Assembly (NCBI GenBank): GCA_030611805.1
Contig: JAUWPB010000001.1
Location: forward strand, 24,765-88,764
Origin: Nanobdellota archaeon
Lineage (GTDB): Archaea; Nanobdellota; Nanobdellia; Pacearchaeales; GW2011-AR1
DNA: 64,000 nucleotides
Direction of reading: 5' to 3'
This document shows, piece by piece, positions 36,518-46,682 of this stretch (position 1 is the first letter of the stretch; each line of letters starts with the position of its first letter). Both the position numbers and the translations under genes were made by a program. A model generated the notes under the pieces. It searched no databases. It was not told the DNA's origin and was given only the letters and a program-made list of their open reading frames with translations.

Positions 36518-38443
36518 ATGTGGTCTCTTTATCAAAACAACAAATTCCTTGAACCATTAAAATTTTCTAATGGAAAATCTCAGGCAGATATTGTTGGAGA
36601 AGTTTTAGATGCCATAAAAGAAGGACACAAAATTATTTTTATTCATGGAATTTGCGGGACTGGTAAAAGTTGCGTGGCTTTGAACATCGCAAGAAAACTT
36701 GGAAAGACCTCAATTGTTGTTCCGGGGAAAAATCTTCAAAACCAGTACAAAAAAGATTATGAAGAGGATAAATATATTTTAAAAGATAACAAAGAAAAAT
36801 TAAAAATCAGCGTCATAACCGGAAGAAATAATCACAAGTGCAGATTTTTAGAAGAGAATAAAAATGCCATCCCAAAAATAATGAAAGAAGTTGATTCAAA
36901 GCTTCATGATATTTTTTCAGGAAGAAGAGAAGAAATAAAAGAAAAAATTGGAGATGATATTTCTGCAGATAATCATAACATCCCCTGTAAAATAGAAATA
37001 AAAGAAAAAAATTTGAGAAAAATTAAACAATATTTAAAGCAAAATAAAAAAGTTAATTTAAATAATTTCACAGATATAAAAGATATTAAAAGAATGTCTA
37101 TTGCTCCTGTATGTCCTTATTGGAGTCCGGTGATTCCAGAAAAATATGAATTAAAGCTTAATGCCAAACAAAGAACTTACACCGGATTAAACAACACAAA
37201 GTTTATTTTTTATCAAAGAAAAGCAGGATGCAAGTTTTATGAACAATTTAATTCTTTTATTGATTCTGATGTGATTGTATTTAATTCTTTAAAATATAAA
37301 TTAGAATCTGCGCTTAATAGAAAACCCTCGACAGAGGTTGAAATAATTGATGAGTGTGATGAGTTTTTGGATAGTTTTGCAAATCAAAGAAACATTAATC
37401 TTGACCGGCTTCAGAATTCATTAATTCATGTTTTAAGTTCTGATGAAAAAGTGGGAGGCACAGTAAAGGAAATCAGTGGTGTATTAAAACAAATAAAAAG
37501 AAATAAGAGGATTAGCAATGCCATTGCATCTCAGGAGATAATCCCTTTAAGAGAAACAGGGATTTATGATTTGTTCAGGATTTTTTTGAATTCTTCAGAG
37601 TTTCTTGATGAAGTTGATGATGAAAGTTATCTCTTTAATATAGAAGAAACAGCGAGGATGTTTGAGGACTTTTTTGATGAAAGTTATCTGACATTTCATA
37701 AAAAGGAGAACAATGTTATAGCAAGTATTGTTACAACAGATTTAGCAAAAAGATTCAAAGAGATGGTTGATAAAAATAAAATTGTTGTTTTAATGTCCGG
37801 GACAATTCATGCAGAGAATGTTTTAAGAGATGTTTTTGGCCTGGATGATTTTAAAGTAATTGAAGCAGAAACACAGCATCAGGGAAAAATTGAAATCCAG
37901 AGAACTGGTTTGGAAATGGATTGCAAGTATTCAAATTTTTCTAATGGAAAATTTACAAGAGAAGACTATCTTAAAGCTTTGAACAAATGTGTTGAAATAG
38001 CAAAAAAACCAGTATTAATTCATATAAATGCCTTTGCTGACTTGCCATCTGAACAAGAACTTGAAGAATTTGAGATTAAGAATTTAATTAGCAGAGAGGA
38101 AATAAGAGAGAACCAAATAAAAGACAAAAAAGGTAGATTGATTGAAGAATTTAAAAAAGGGCAAACAGATGTTCTTTTTTCAACCCGGTGTGCGAGAGGA
38201 ATTGATTTTCCAGGAGAAGAATGCAACAGTATTATTTTTACAAAATATCCAAATCCAAATGTGCAGGATTCTTTTTGGAAAATTTTAGCTAAAACAAAAC
38301 CTCAGCATTACTGGGCTTTTTACAAGGACAAGGCAAAAAGAGAATTGTGGCAAAAAGTTTATCGGGGATTAAGATTTAAAGAAGACCATGTTTATTTATT
38401 AAGTCCTGATTTAAGAGTGCTTGAAAAGTTTGAAAAAATATGA
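36518..38443 (+). CDS. XPD/Rad3-family (DEAD_2) ATP-dependent DNA helicase with Fe-S cysteines
   Basis: N-terminal LEPLKF..GKSQADIVGEVLDAIKEGHKIIFIHGICGTGKS (XPD-like motif I), IIDECDEF (motif II), Cys at CRFLEE/PCKIEI/CPYWSP/GCKFYE. Confidence 0.55.
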   Translation: MWSLYQNNKFLEPLKFSNGKSQADIVGEVLDAIKEGHKIIFIHGICGTGKSCVALNIARKLGKTSIVVPGKNLQNQYKKDYEEDKYILKDNKEKLKISVITGRNNHKCRFLEENKNAIPKIMKEVDSKLHDIFSGRREEIKEKIGDDISADNHNIPCKIEIKEKNLRKIKQYLKQNKKVNLNNFTDIKDIKRMSIAPVCPYWSPVIPEKYELKLNAKQRTYTGLNNTKFIFYQRKAGCKFYEQFNSFIDSDVIVFNSLKYKLESALNRKPSTEVEIIDECDEFLDSFANQRNINLDRLQNSLIHVLSSDEKVGGTVKEISGVLKQIKRNKRISNAIASQEIIPLRETGIYDLFRIFLNSSEFLDEVDDESYLFNIEETARMFEDFFDESYLTFHKKENNVIASIVTTDLAKRFKEMVDKNKIVVLMSGTIHAENVLRDVFGLDDFKVIEAETQHQGKIEIQRTGLEMDCKYSNFSNGKFTREDYLKALNKCVEIAKKPVLIHINAFADLPSEQELEEFEIKNLISREEIRENQIKDKKGRLIEEFKKGQTDVLFSTRCARGIDFPGEECNSIIFTKYPNPNVQDSFWKILAKTKPQHYWAFYKDKAKRELWQKVYRGLRFKEDHVYLLSPDLRVLEKFEKI

Positions 38444-38486
38444 GGTTATTGCAAACTTTTTTATAACTACAATTCGATAAAGATAT

Positions 38487-39074
38487 ATGGAATACAAAAA
38501 TAAAAGAATATTAATTATTGGAATTTCGTTGTTTTTATTATTGGTATTCTATCTTTTTAAAAATCTTTCAACAAGCCTTAGAATTCTTTCATTTATCTTT
38601 GGACTTATTATTTTTTACCTTACAGATCATATGTTTGAAATTGACTTTAAATTAAGACACTATTACTACATCATTATAATTTTAGCTTTTGGATTTCTTT
38701 TTTCTCCATTGTATTTTCTTTCTTCTGTTTATGATAAAATTCTTCATTTGATTATGCCAATTTTAGGGTGTCTTTTAATTTTTCATATTGTTGATAAGAA
38801 AAAGTTAAGCATGCAATGGAAATTATTGATCACTTTTATGTTTATTATTTCATTTCTAGCGTTTCAAGAAATTGGAGAATACTTAGTGGATATTCTTTGG
38901 GATTTAAAACTTCAAGGAGTTTATATTAGAGATATTAGAGGGATAGAAAAACTGAATTTGGTGATGACTCAAATAGATGATACTATGATTGATTTAATCC
39001 TTGGCATAATTGGGGCGTTATCTTTTATTGCAGGGAAATCAATTAGTTATTTTTATAAGAAAAAGAGAAATTAA
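38487..39074 (+). CDS. Hypothetical polytopic membrane protein
   Basis: ORF track; multiple hydrophobic helices. Confidence 0.3.
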   Translation: MEYKNKRILIIGISLFLLLVFYLFKNLSTSLRILSFIFGLIIFYLTDHMFEIDFKLRHYYYIIIILAFGFLFSPLYFLSSVYDKILHLIMPILGCLLIFHIVDKKKLSMQWKLLITFMFIISFLAFQEIGEYLVDILWDLKLQGVYIRDIRGIEKLNLVMTQIDDTMIDLILGIIGALSFIAGKSISYFYKKKRN

Positions 39075-39126
39075 ACTTATAAGAGAATCAACATAAATTT
39101 AAAAATAAAAACTTCTTTGGAGAATA

Positions 39127-39606
39127 ATGATAACAACAATACATTTGCTTATTGGAGCGTTAATAGGGAAATCCTTCAAAAGTATATGGTTGATAATTAT
39201 TCTTGCTTTAGTTTCTCATTATATTCTTGATTTTATCCCCCACACTTCTCCACATGAAGTTGAGGGTTATCTTCATGGAGGTCTTAATGGAGTATCTAAT
39301 AGAGATTTAATTCTCAAAAGTATTGAACCGATTTTGGGTTTAATTTTAGTTGGCTATTTTATCTACTTGAATAAAGAGAAGGCATTGCTTATGGCGGTTG
39401 GAGCATTCTTTGCATGGTGCCCAGACTTAATTGTATATTTTGCTTGGTTAGATACACGATGGAATTTGTTAGATAAAATTGTCCCCAGACATGGAAATTT
39501 CCTTTATAATGAAGCCAAATCTTTAATAGTTGGTATCTTAACTCAGGCCATAGTTTTCATTACCACATTAATTTTTTTGATTCTCCCTCGAAAAGGAATA
39601 AACTAA
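39127..39606 (+). CDS. Hypothetical polytopic membrane protein
   Basis: ORF track; multiple hydrophobic helices. Confidence 0.3.
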   Translation: MITTIHLLIGALIGKSFKSIWLIIILALVSHYILDFIPHTSPHEVEGYLHGGLNGVSNRDLILKSIEPILGLILVGYFIYLNKEKALLMAVGAFFAWCPDLIVYFAWLDTRWNLLDKIVPRHGNFLYNEAKSLIVGILTQAIVFITTLIFLILPRKGIN

Positions 39607-39703
39607 AACCCAAAACAATCTCTATGAGATAACAAGCTTTTGTATTTCCATAATAAATTTGCTTTATTAGAATTACTATTAAAACCTAAATCTCTGTTTT
39701 CAT

Positions 39704-40036
39704 TTGCTTTTTTTATTACTTCGCATAAATTATTTTCGTTTCAAAGATTACTTAGGCCCTACTTCAGAAGAACAATTAGATATATTCGGCAGTTTGCCTA
39801 GGGAAAGAACAAAAATTCTCTATAAAGATAAAAAAGTATTGGAAGAATATGAAATTGAGGCGAAAGTTAAATTAAGAGAAGGACTTGTTGCTCAGGAAGT
39901 TTTAAAAGAAGCAGAAAGAAATTATGATTTAATTGTAATGGGTAGAAAAGGACAAAGAAGTTCTACATTTGGCCACAATTTAATTCCAATTGTTCAACAA
40001 TCTACAATCCCGGTTTTAGTCATTAAATCAAAATAA
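39704..40036 (+). CDS. Universal stress protein (UspA) family, C-terminal portion only (possibly truncated)
   Basis: DLIVMGRKGQRSSTFGHNLIPIVQQSTIPVLVIK matches USP C-terminal ATP-binding/beta-strand region; N-terminal half absent. Confidence 0.45.
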   Translation: MLFLLLRINYFRFKDYLGPTSEEQLDIFGSLPRERTKILYKDKKVLEEYEIEAKVKLREGLVAQEVLKEAERNYDLIVMGRKGQRSSTFGHNLIPIVQQSTIPVLVIKSK

Positions 40037-40051
40037 TTTAAAAATTACCAA

Positions 40052-40510
40052 ATGGAAGAAGAATTAATTATTAATAACTCAAGAAAATTATATTTGCCAA
40101 TCTATTTAATGATGATTATTTTAATTGCTATTATAGGTTTCATAAAATTTTACGATTTATCTTTAAATAATTTGGCTTTTACAGGAGCAGGCGTGTTTAT
40201 TATTTTAAGAATATGCATAACTGAAATTCATAGAAAGTTTGAATCTTATAAAATCACCCCGCATTATTTAATAGACTCCAAGGGCATAATTACTAAGAAG
40301 ACAAAAAAAAATTTTAATTAGTTACATAGTTGATATTGATTTAAAACAATCTTTTTGGCAGGTGTTGCTCAGGTATGGAAGTGTTGAGATTCATGCTGCT
40401 TCTGGTGCGAATACTATAAGAGTTAAAAATATTAACAGGCCAGATAAATTTATAGATATTTTAGAAGAAACAGTAAGTAGAAGAGCAAATCAGATTCATA
40501 AAAACGAATA
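40052..40510 (+). pseudogene. bPH_2 (DUF304, YdbT-like) membrane-flanked PH-domain protein interrupted by a frameshift in an A9 homopolymer
   Basis: ORF 40052..40321 (2 TM helices) stops after aagacaaaaaaaaatttt; removing one A joins it in-frame to ...VDIDLKQSFWQVLLRYGSVEIHAASGANTIRVKNINRPDKFIDILEETVSRRANQIHKNE ending at 40510. Confidence 0.5.
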
Positions 40511-40633
40511 AGTAATGAAGAAGGCTCCATAAACTTTTATTAGAAATTATGCATTCAACTAACTAAATCTTTTTAATTTAAATTTCCAAAATAAGGATAA
40601 ATATTTGGGTTTTAGTCCAGCACAGGGCTTTCA

Positions 40634-40724
40634 GCCCCATATACGCCCCCACCCCGAATCGAACGGGGATGGCCCGAAGGCCCCAGATCTCAAGTCTGGT
40701 GCAATACCATTATGCGATGGAGGC
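40634..40724 (-). tRNA. tRNA-Ser (anticodon UGA), type II with long variable arm
   Basis: Hand-folded: acceptor GCCTCCA/TGGGGGC, anticodon stem CCAGA/TCTGG loop CTTGAGA, variable arm GGCC-TTCG-GGCC, T-arm CCCCG-TTCGATT-CGGGG. Confidence 0.8.
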
Positions 40725-40771
40725 ATTAATATTAGAATAAATTGAGAAGTTTTAAAGCTTACTATTTAAAT

Positions 40772-41062
40772 TCAAAACCCAAAAACCCTTTTTAAAAAAG
40801 ATTTTTTAATTATTATTGGATTATCATTTTCATCAATAATTTCATATTTTATCACTGGCTTTTCTTTAAGTATTGGGGCTTTTTCAGCAAGTTCTTTGTT
40901 TACTATTTCAAGTGCTCTTTCAATTGCTGCTTTTGAATATCCCTGATTGATAAGAGCCCATTTAAGAGAATCAGAAGTATAACCTTTTTTCAAATTTTTC
41001 TTAAAATAATTCGCAAGCTTTCTTTTGTATGTTTCTGCCATAAATTTATGGAGAAAAATCAA
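40772..41062 (-). CDS. Hypothetical protein
   Basis: ORF track only. Confidence 0.3.
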   Translation of the reverse strand: MIFLHKFMAETYKRKLANYFKKNLKKGYTSDSLKWALINQGYSKAAIERALEIVNKELAEKAPILKEKPVIKYEIIDENDNPIIIKKSFLKRVFGF

Positions 41063-41083
41063 GTTTAAAAATTTAGTTGTGAT

Positions 41084-41416
41084 TTATTTTATTATATGCT
41101 CATTTGCCTTTTGGAAAGGTGGCGAATTAATCAGGATTGCTTTAAATGTGCCAACAAACTTATATTCTGTATTTGCAGGAATTAAAATTAAATCCCCGGA
41201 TTTTCCTTTAATAGTTTCATTAATGGTTATTTTCCCCTCTAAAATATAATATACTCTATCACTACTTGTTTTTGTCATCTCCTTATGATTTTTACCTTCA
41301 CTTGTTGCTACACTTAACTTTTGACTATGTTCACTTGTTATAAAATTCTTAACTGAATAAGTATTAGAAATTTTCCTAATAATTCTGTTTTCTTTTTTGA
41401 ATAATTTTATTTCCAT
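41084..41416 (-). CDS. Cupin-domain protein
   Basis: YYILEGKITINETIKGKSGDLILIPANTEYKF typical cupin beta-barrel motif. Confidence 0.5.
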   Translation of the reverse strand: MEIKLFKKENRIIRKISNTYSVKNFITSEHSQKLSVATSEGKNHKEMTKTSSDRVYYILEGKITINETIKGKSGDLILIPANTEYKFVGTFKAILINSPPFQKANEHIIK

Positions 41417-41422
41417 TTTATT

Positions 41423-42901
41423 TTACATCTTCACAGGTTTTTCTTTTTCATAAAACTCAACTGCATGTTTAAGTCTTGTCCTTGATTCTGAATAAATTGT
41501 CAGAAGTTTTTCGCGTTTTTTTACTTTATCTCCTACATGAAAATAAAGATAAAGCCCAGAAAATTTATCCACAGGGCAGCCGGCAATTCTTGCCAAAGAA
41601 TTTATTTTTTTATTATCTATCTCATAAATCTTTCCTGACTTTTTTGATAAAATATTTTTTTTAAATTTCGCTGGTGCAATATCTTTTAATTGTCCATTTT
41701 GGGCTTTAATAATTTGTTTGAATTTTTTAAATGCTTTTCCTGAATAAAGGATTTCTTTTGCCATTTCAATCCCTTTACCTTTTTTTGCTTTGCTGGTCAT
41801 TTCTAAAAGTTCTCCTGCTAAAAATAAAGATTTTTTTTCTAAATCTTTGGGGCTTTTTTCTTTAAGATCTAAAACTTTGAGCACATCAACCAATTCTAAT
41901 GCCGGACCAATCCCATTCCCTATTGGCTGACTTCCATCAGTCAAAACAACCTTTAATTTTTTATGAAAATATTTCCCAAGCTTTTCAAATTTTCTCTTTA
42001 ACCCCTGTGCTTTTGATTTATTTATTTTTGCGGTCTCCCCGCAAGGGATATCTATAAGAATATATTTGCTTCCCACAGCAAGTTTTTTTGACATTATCGA
42101 CGCCAATAACTGAGCTTCAGGATCTATTTTCAGTATTTTTTCAATTTTGATTATTTTTGAATCTGCCGGGACCATGCCCAAAGCCCCGCCCCAAACCATA
42201 CAAGCATCTGTTTTTTTAACAATCTTTTTCAATTCTTTTATAGAAAATTCTATGTCTGCAATTGTTTCTATAACATCTACTGTTCCTGCTGCACTAGTGA
42301 TTGCTTTTGAAGAAGTTTTTGGCATCATTAAACCAGCAGTAGCGCAAATTGAAACTATTATGGGCGTGGTCCTATTTCCTGCAACCCCTCCAATTGAATG
42401 CTTATCAATTATAGGTTTATGATTTAATGTAAGCTTATTTCCTGACTTCAATATTGCCTTTATCAAATAAATAGTTTCTTTCATAGTCATATGTTGTTCA
42501 TACATTGCTGAGATAAAAAGTGCGATTTCTGGTTCAGATAAAGAATTATTTACAATATCTTTAATAATTTCATTTATTTCTTTTTCAGACAGTGCTTTTT
42601 TATTTAATTTTTTCTTTATGAAAACCATGCTTTTCGGAGTTGGCGCAAGTTCCACGTCTACTTTTTGTCCAATCTTTAAATTTAATATTTTTTTAAGTTC
42701 TGACGAAACTGCGATTTCATTTTCCCCAACTAACCCTTTGATAGTATCAATGATTGTGGAAAGTTCTTTTGGTGGGTTTGAAAGTGTTTTAATAGAAACC
42801 CTATCCTTAGTATGAACTCCCATTTTACTTGCTGTTTTTTCATTGAACATCGCTACTGGTAATCCGGCAGACCATGTCAAAAGTTTAATTTTTAATTCCA
42901 T
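41423..42901 (-). CDS. AMP phosphorylase / thymidine phosphorylase family (glycosyltransferase family 3) with AMPpase-type N-terminal extension
   Basis: HSIGGVAGNRTTPIIVSICATAGLMMPKTSSKAITSAAGTVDVIE; 492 aa with ~80-aa N-terminal domain. Confidence 0.7.
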   Translation of the reverse strand: MELKIKLLTWSAGLPVAMFNEKTASKMGVHTKDRVSIKTLSNPPKELSTIIDTIKGLVGENEIAVSSELKKILNLKIGQKVDVELAPTPKSMVFIKKKLNKKALSEKEINEIIKDIVNNSLSEPEIALFISAMYEQHMTMKETIYLIKAILKSGNKLTLNHKPIIDKHSIGGVAGNRTTPIIVSICATAGLMMPKTSSKAITSAAGTVDVIETIADIEFSIKELKKIVKKTDACMVWGGALGMVPADSKIIKIEKILKIDPEAQLLASIMSKKLAVGSKYILIDIPCGETAKINKSKAQGLKRKFEKLGKYFHKKLKVVLTDGSQPIGNGIGPALELVDVLKVLDLKEKSPKDLEKKSLFLAGELLEMTSKAKKGKGIEMAKEILYSGKAFKKFKQIIKAQNGQLKDIAPAKFKKNILSKKSGKIYEIDNKKINSLARIAGCPVDKFSGLYLYFHVGDKVKKREKLLTIYSESRTRLKHAVEFYEKEKPVKM

Positions 42902-42943
42902 TGTTTTATATGAGGAAATAATTTTTATATTTATCCAGATAAA

Positions 42944-43978
42944 TTATGGATGTTGTTGCATAAAAATCCCAGGAGATTTCCTGTTCCTATAAATTTCAAG
43001 TATTATAAGGAGGTAGGCTAAAATTAAAGGCCCGAGGATAAATCCTAAAATACCAAAGAGAAATAGTCCTCCAATCATTCCAACAAGAATCAGTGAAGAA
43101 TGTATTTTTGTCCTTTTTGAAACAATTACTGGTCTTATAAAATTATCAATTGACGAGGAAACTAAACCAAATATTGCAACCCCCACAGCAGGAAAAGTAT
43201 TCCCTGCAATAAAAAGATAAATTATAACAGGAATCCATATAAGTGTTGTTCCAATAATCGGAAAAATCCCTGCTAAAGATGCGAGTAGTGTAAGGATTAA
43301 AGCATTGGGAACTTTAAAAATAAAAAATCCAACCCCAACAACAAGGCCTTGGAGCAGCCCTATAACAACCTGCCCATAGATGACCGAAGAGGTTATCCCT
43401 TTTGAAGATTCAAATAACTTTGTTTCAACATCTTTAGAAAAAGGCAACAAGCTTTTTATATAAGTTATAAGCTGTTCCTTATCTCTAAGCACAAAGAAAA
43501 ATGTAAAAAATACCACCAAAAATTGCAAGAATAAACCAGGGAAATTAAGTATTAACTGTGAAAGGGAATTCATTAAAGAATTAGTCATTTTAGTAACAAA
43601 AGAATGGAGAATAGAACCGATCTCTGCTGAAAATTCTTCTGAAGCAAATAACGACGGGAAAATGTTTTGAAGTGGCGCTACAAAATCTATTTGTTGAGAA
43701 GCAGTATAAATCTTAATGGATTGTTTTATAAGAATAGGGGTTAAAAACCAGAGAGGCAAAATTATCAGCAGGATTAAAAAAAAACAGATTAAAGTAGCTG
43801 AAAGATTTTTTGAATTTGTAAATTTGTGAAGTAGATTATATAGGGGATTAAAAATAAACGCTAAGATAACTCCAACGATTATTGATAATAAAATTGGTTT
43901 TAACAAAAGGAAAGATAAAACTATGAGTATGGCCAAAATAACTGTGGTTGTAATTTTCCTTAAATAAATGTCTTCCAT
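42944..43978 (-). CDS. AI-2E family transporter (PerM/UPF0118)
   Basis: 8-TM topology, size and TM-helix pattern by eye. Confidence 0.55.
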   Translation of the reverse strand: MEDIYLRKITTTVILAILIVLSFLLLKPILLSIIVGVILAFIFNPLYNLLHKFTNSKNLSATLICFFLILLIILPLWFLTPILIKQSIKIYTASQQIDFVAPLQNIFPSLFASEEFSAEIGSILHSFVTKMTNSLMNSLSQLILNFPGLFLQFLVVFFTFFFVLRDKEQLITYIKSLLPFSKDVETKLFESSKGITSSVIYGQVVIGLLQGLVVGVGFFIFKVPNALILTLLASLAGIFPIIGTTLIWIPVIIYLFIAGNTFPAVGVAIFGLVSSSIDNFIRPVIVSKRTKIHSSLILVGMIGGLFLFGILGFILGPLILAYLLIILEIYRNRKSPGIFMQQHP

Positions 43979-44118
43979 TTGTTACTGATAATAGGTAGTT
44001 TAAATTTATAAAGGTTTGTGGGTTGTAAAAAGTTTGTAGGGAATTGTAAAAGTTTTCTACTTAAAAATTTTGTAATTTAATACAAAAGATTTAAAAGTAA
44101 AATTAAATAATAAAAGAT

Positions 44119-44814
44119 ATGAATTTCATAAAAAAGATTTTTGATGGAAAAATTGATGAAGGGGTGCATTTACAATTTCAAAAATTTAGCAAAGGAGAAT
44201 TTCTGAATCGGGCGGTGATTGAGGCAAGGAAAACCGGGAAGGGTTATTCAATTAAAACTTCGGCTGAGTTTGTTAATGGATTGGTCAGGATTGTTGCTGA
44301 GAAGTTGGGCGAAGAGCGTGCAAGAGTTACAGGTGCGGTTGTTTCTACAAGTGATTTAACAGGGGAGCTGGAGTTTCATGACAAGAAACAGTTTCAGGGT
44401 GTTAAGAGATATTTGATTGATAAAGAAATGTCTGGAAAAGAGATAATTGAATTGCTGGATAAATTTCCAAAAACATTTTTTGCATTGAGTTTTGAGGGAG
44501 GAGATAGTATTTTGAAAACAAAACCAAAAGCCCCTAAATCTGCAAAAGCAAAAAGTAAAGATAAAAAAGCAAAACCAGATTTTTGCAGATTGAAAACAAC
44601 TGACAAGGAATTAGTAAATAGTTTTGTTTTTGAGAAGCCGGATTTTAAGAAAGCAGAGATAACTCATACTTTTTTTATTGACAAAATAATTCCTCCAGAG
44701 GGAGAGAGTGATTTTGTAAAGATTCGTGAAATGGCAAAAAGAAGCGGCAAGATTGTTAGAGAAGCTTTGATTGACGAGGTTGAGATGAAGAAAGAATTTG
44801 AGTTTGAGGCATAG
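44119..44814 (+). CDS. Hypothetical protein
   Basis: ORF track only. Confidence 0.3.
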   Translation: MNFIKKIFDGKIDEGVHLQFQKFSKGEFLNRAVIEARKTGKGYSIKTSAEFVNGLVRIVAEKLGEERARVTGAVVSTSDLTGELEFHDKKQFQGVKRYLIDKEMSGKEIIELLDKFPKTFFALSFEGGDSILKTKPKAPKSAKAKSKDKKAKPDFCRLKTTDKELVNSFVFEKPDFKKAEITHTFFIDKIIPPEGESDFVKIREMAKRSGKIVREALIDEVEMKKEFEFEA

Positions 44815-44823
44815 GAAGATTTT
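44804..44823. repeat. 20-nt direct repeat TTGAGGCATAGGAAGATTTT (copy 1)
   Basis: Identical copy at 45136..45155. Confidence 0.8.
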
Positions 44824-44848
44824 TAAATAAACTTTCTTCAGGGAGAAT

Positions 44849-45139
44849 ATGAAATTAGGTTATTTTATCCCAAAAATAGAGTCATTTGTGCCAATTGTAT
44901 CTGGAAGGAACATGGCTCAAGCAATGATTCAAAATCCTACTCAAAGAGATTTAGAAGCTTACGGAAAGGACTTAGGGGCGGTTTCAAGAAATGTTTGTCA
45001 AATTCAAGAAGCAAAAAGAGTTGCATTATCAGGGTTTTGTGCACTTGCTATAAATCCTTTAATTGGAGCAGGAGTGTGGGCAGCATATAGTTACGGCATG
45101 GATTTAATTACAAAGTATATAGAAAAAGATAGAACTTGA
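44849..45139 (+). CDS. Hypothetical small protein flanked by 20-nt direct repeats
   Basis: ORF track. Confidence 0.3.
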   Translation: MKLGYFIPKIESFVPIVSGRNMAQAMIQNPTQRDLEAYGKDLGAVSRNVCQIQEAKRVALSGFCALAINPLIGAGVWAAYSYGMDLITKYIEKDRT

Positions 45140-45155
45140 GGCATAGGAAGATTTT
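45136..45155. repeat. 20-nt direct repeat TTGAGGCATAGGAAGATTTT (copy 2)
   Basis: Identical to 44804..44823. Confidence 0.8.
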
Positions 45156-45407
45156 TCTTATAAACTATATTGAAGAATAGTAATAACCAATTGAACATGT
45201 TTTTTTCTGCATTAACTCCTTCTATTAATTCTACTAAATCATACATTCCTTTTGCATAAGAAAGATTAATCTTTTCATGTCTTGTCAACACTTATTTTCT
45301 GGTAAAGAACTCTCTCAAAACACTCACCGAATGTTTTATAAATCAACTTTTTCTCCTTATTTTATTCCAGGGATTAAATAAAATGTTATCCGCAACAATA
45401 TTGAGAA

Positions 45408-46346
45408 ATGCCTACAAGAAAATCACCACGAAAAGGAAGTTTGCAGTTTTGGCCGAGAAAGCGGGCCACTAAATTTTTGCCTAGAGTGAACTGGGATGCG
45501 ATTGATTCTGGAAAAAACCTCAAGGGATTTATTTGTTACAAAGCAGGCATGGCTTCAGGATATGTAAAAGACAATACTCCTGATTCTATGACTAAGGGGA
45601 AGAAAATCATTATTCCTTTGACAATTCTTGAATGCCCTCCTTTAAAGATATTCTCTGTCAGATTTTATAAAAACGGCAAGGTTAGTAAAGATGTGCTGAC
45701 AGAAAATCTGGACAAAGAACTGAAAAGAAAACTAAAGCTTCCGAAAAAAAGCAAGGGAAAAATTGAGGATGTCAAAGATTATGATGATGTTAAAGTTATA
45801 GGCTATTCTATTGTTAAAAAAACCGGGTTGAAAAAGAAACCAGATTTGATTGAGATTGGACTTGCTGGAAGTGTTGAAGAAAAAATTAATTTTATTAAAG
45901 AAAATTTAAGCAAGGAAATTTCTGTTCTGGATGTTTTTGAAAAAGGTCAGCTTGTTGATTTAAGGGGTTTGACAAAAGGAAAGGGTTTTTCAGGACCTGT
46001 AAAAAGATTTGGAATTAAGCTGAAATTCCACAAGTCAGAAAAAGGTCGTAGAAGACCGGGAAGCCTGGGACCATGGCATCCTGCAAGAGTTATTTTCAGA
46101 GTTCCTATGGCAGGACAGCTTGGGATGTTTACAAGAGTTATTTATAATAATAAAATAATTGACATCGGAAAATCATCTGATAAGGAATTACAAAATATTA
46201 AAAATTATGGGAATATTAAAACAGATTATATTCTTGTGAGAGGCTCTATTCAGGGTTCTGCAAAAAGGCAATTAATTATCACGCATCCCTTAAGACAAAC
46301 TAAAAAACAAATTAAAAAAGATTATGAATTATTGGAGATAAGATAA
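45408..46346 (+). CDS. rpl3: Ribosomal protein L3
   Basis: PRKGSLQFWPRKRA... Confidence 0.9.
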   Translation: MPTRKSPRKGSLQFWPRKRATKFLPRVNWDAIDSGKNLKGFICYKAGMASGYVKDNTPDSMTKGKKIIIPLTILECPPLKIFSVRFYKNGKVSKDVLTENLDKELKRKLKLPKKSKGKIEDVKDYDDVKVIGYSIVKKTGLKKKPDLIEIGLAGSVEEKINFIKENLSKEISVLDVFEKGQLVDLRGLTKGKGFSGPVKRFGIKLKFHKSEKGRRRPGSLGPWHPARVIFRVPMAGQLGMFTRVIYNNKIIDIGKSSDKELQNIKNYGNIKTDYILVRGSIQGSAKRQLIITHPLRQTKKQIKKDYELLEIR

Positions 46347-46681
46347 TGAAATATCAAGTTAATAAAAAAACGCTAGATGAAGGAATTCATGAACAAATAA
46401 AAATGGAAATTAATAATTTAGAAAGTAATTTAATAAAACATGTTAATTTTGTGAAAGGCCACATAAGAATAGAAAATGAGATAGAACTTGGAAAAGGCAA
46501 AGAAATAAAAGAATTAGCTATTAAAAATTTTCCACATCATGTAATTGGGATTGGAAATCGTCTTGCATGTTTAGAGAGTTTTGGTTATTTTTTGGATGTA
46601 AAAGAAGTATTCAAATATCAAAAAGTGGTTTCAGAGATAATAAATAATTGCTTGGAGGACCTTAAAAATTATCAGCTATAA
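46346..46681 (+). CDS. Hypothetical protein intercalated between rpl3 and rpl4
   Basis: ORF track; stop/start overlaps with both neighbours. Confidence 0.4.
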   Translation: MKYQVNKKTLDEGIHEQIKMEINNLESNLIKHVNFVKGHIRIENEIELGKGKEIKELAIKNFPHHVIGIGNRLACLESFGYFLDVKEVFKYQKVVSEIINNCLEDLKNYQL

Positions 46682-46682
46682 A

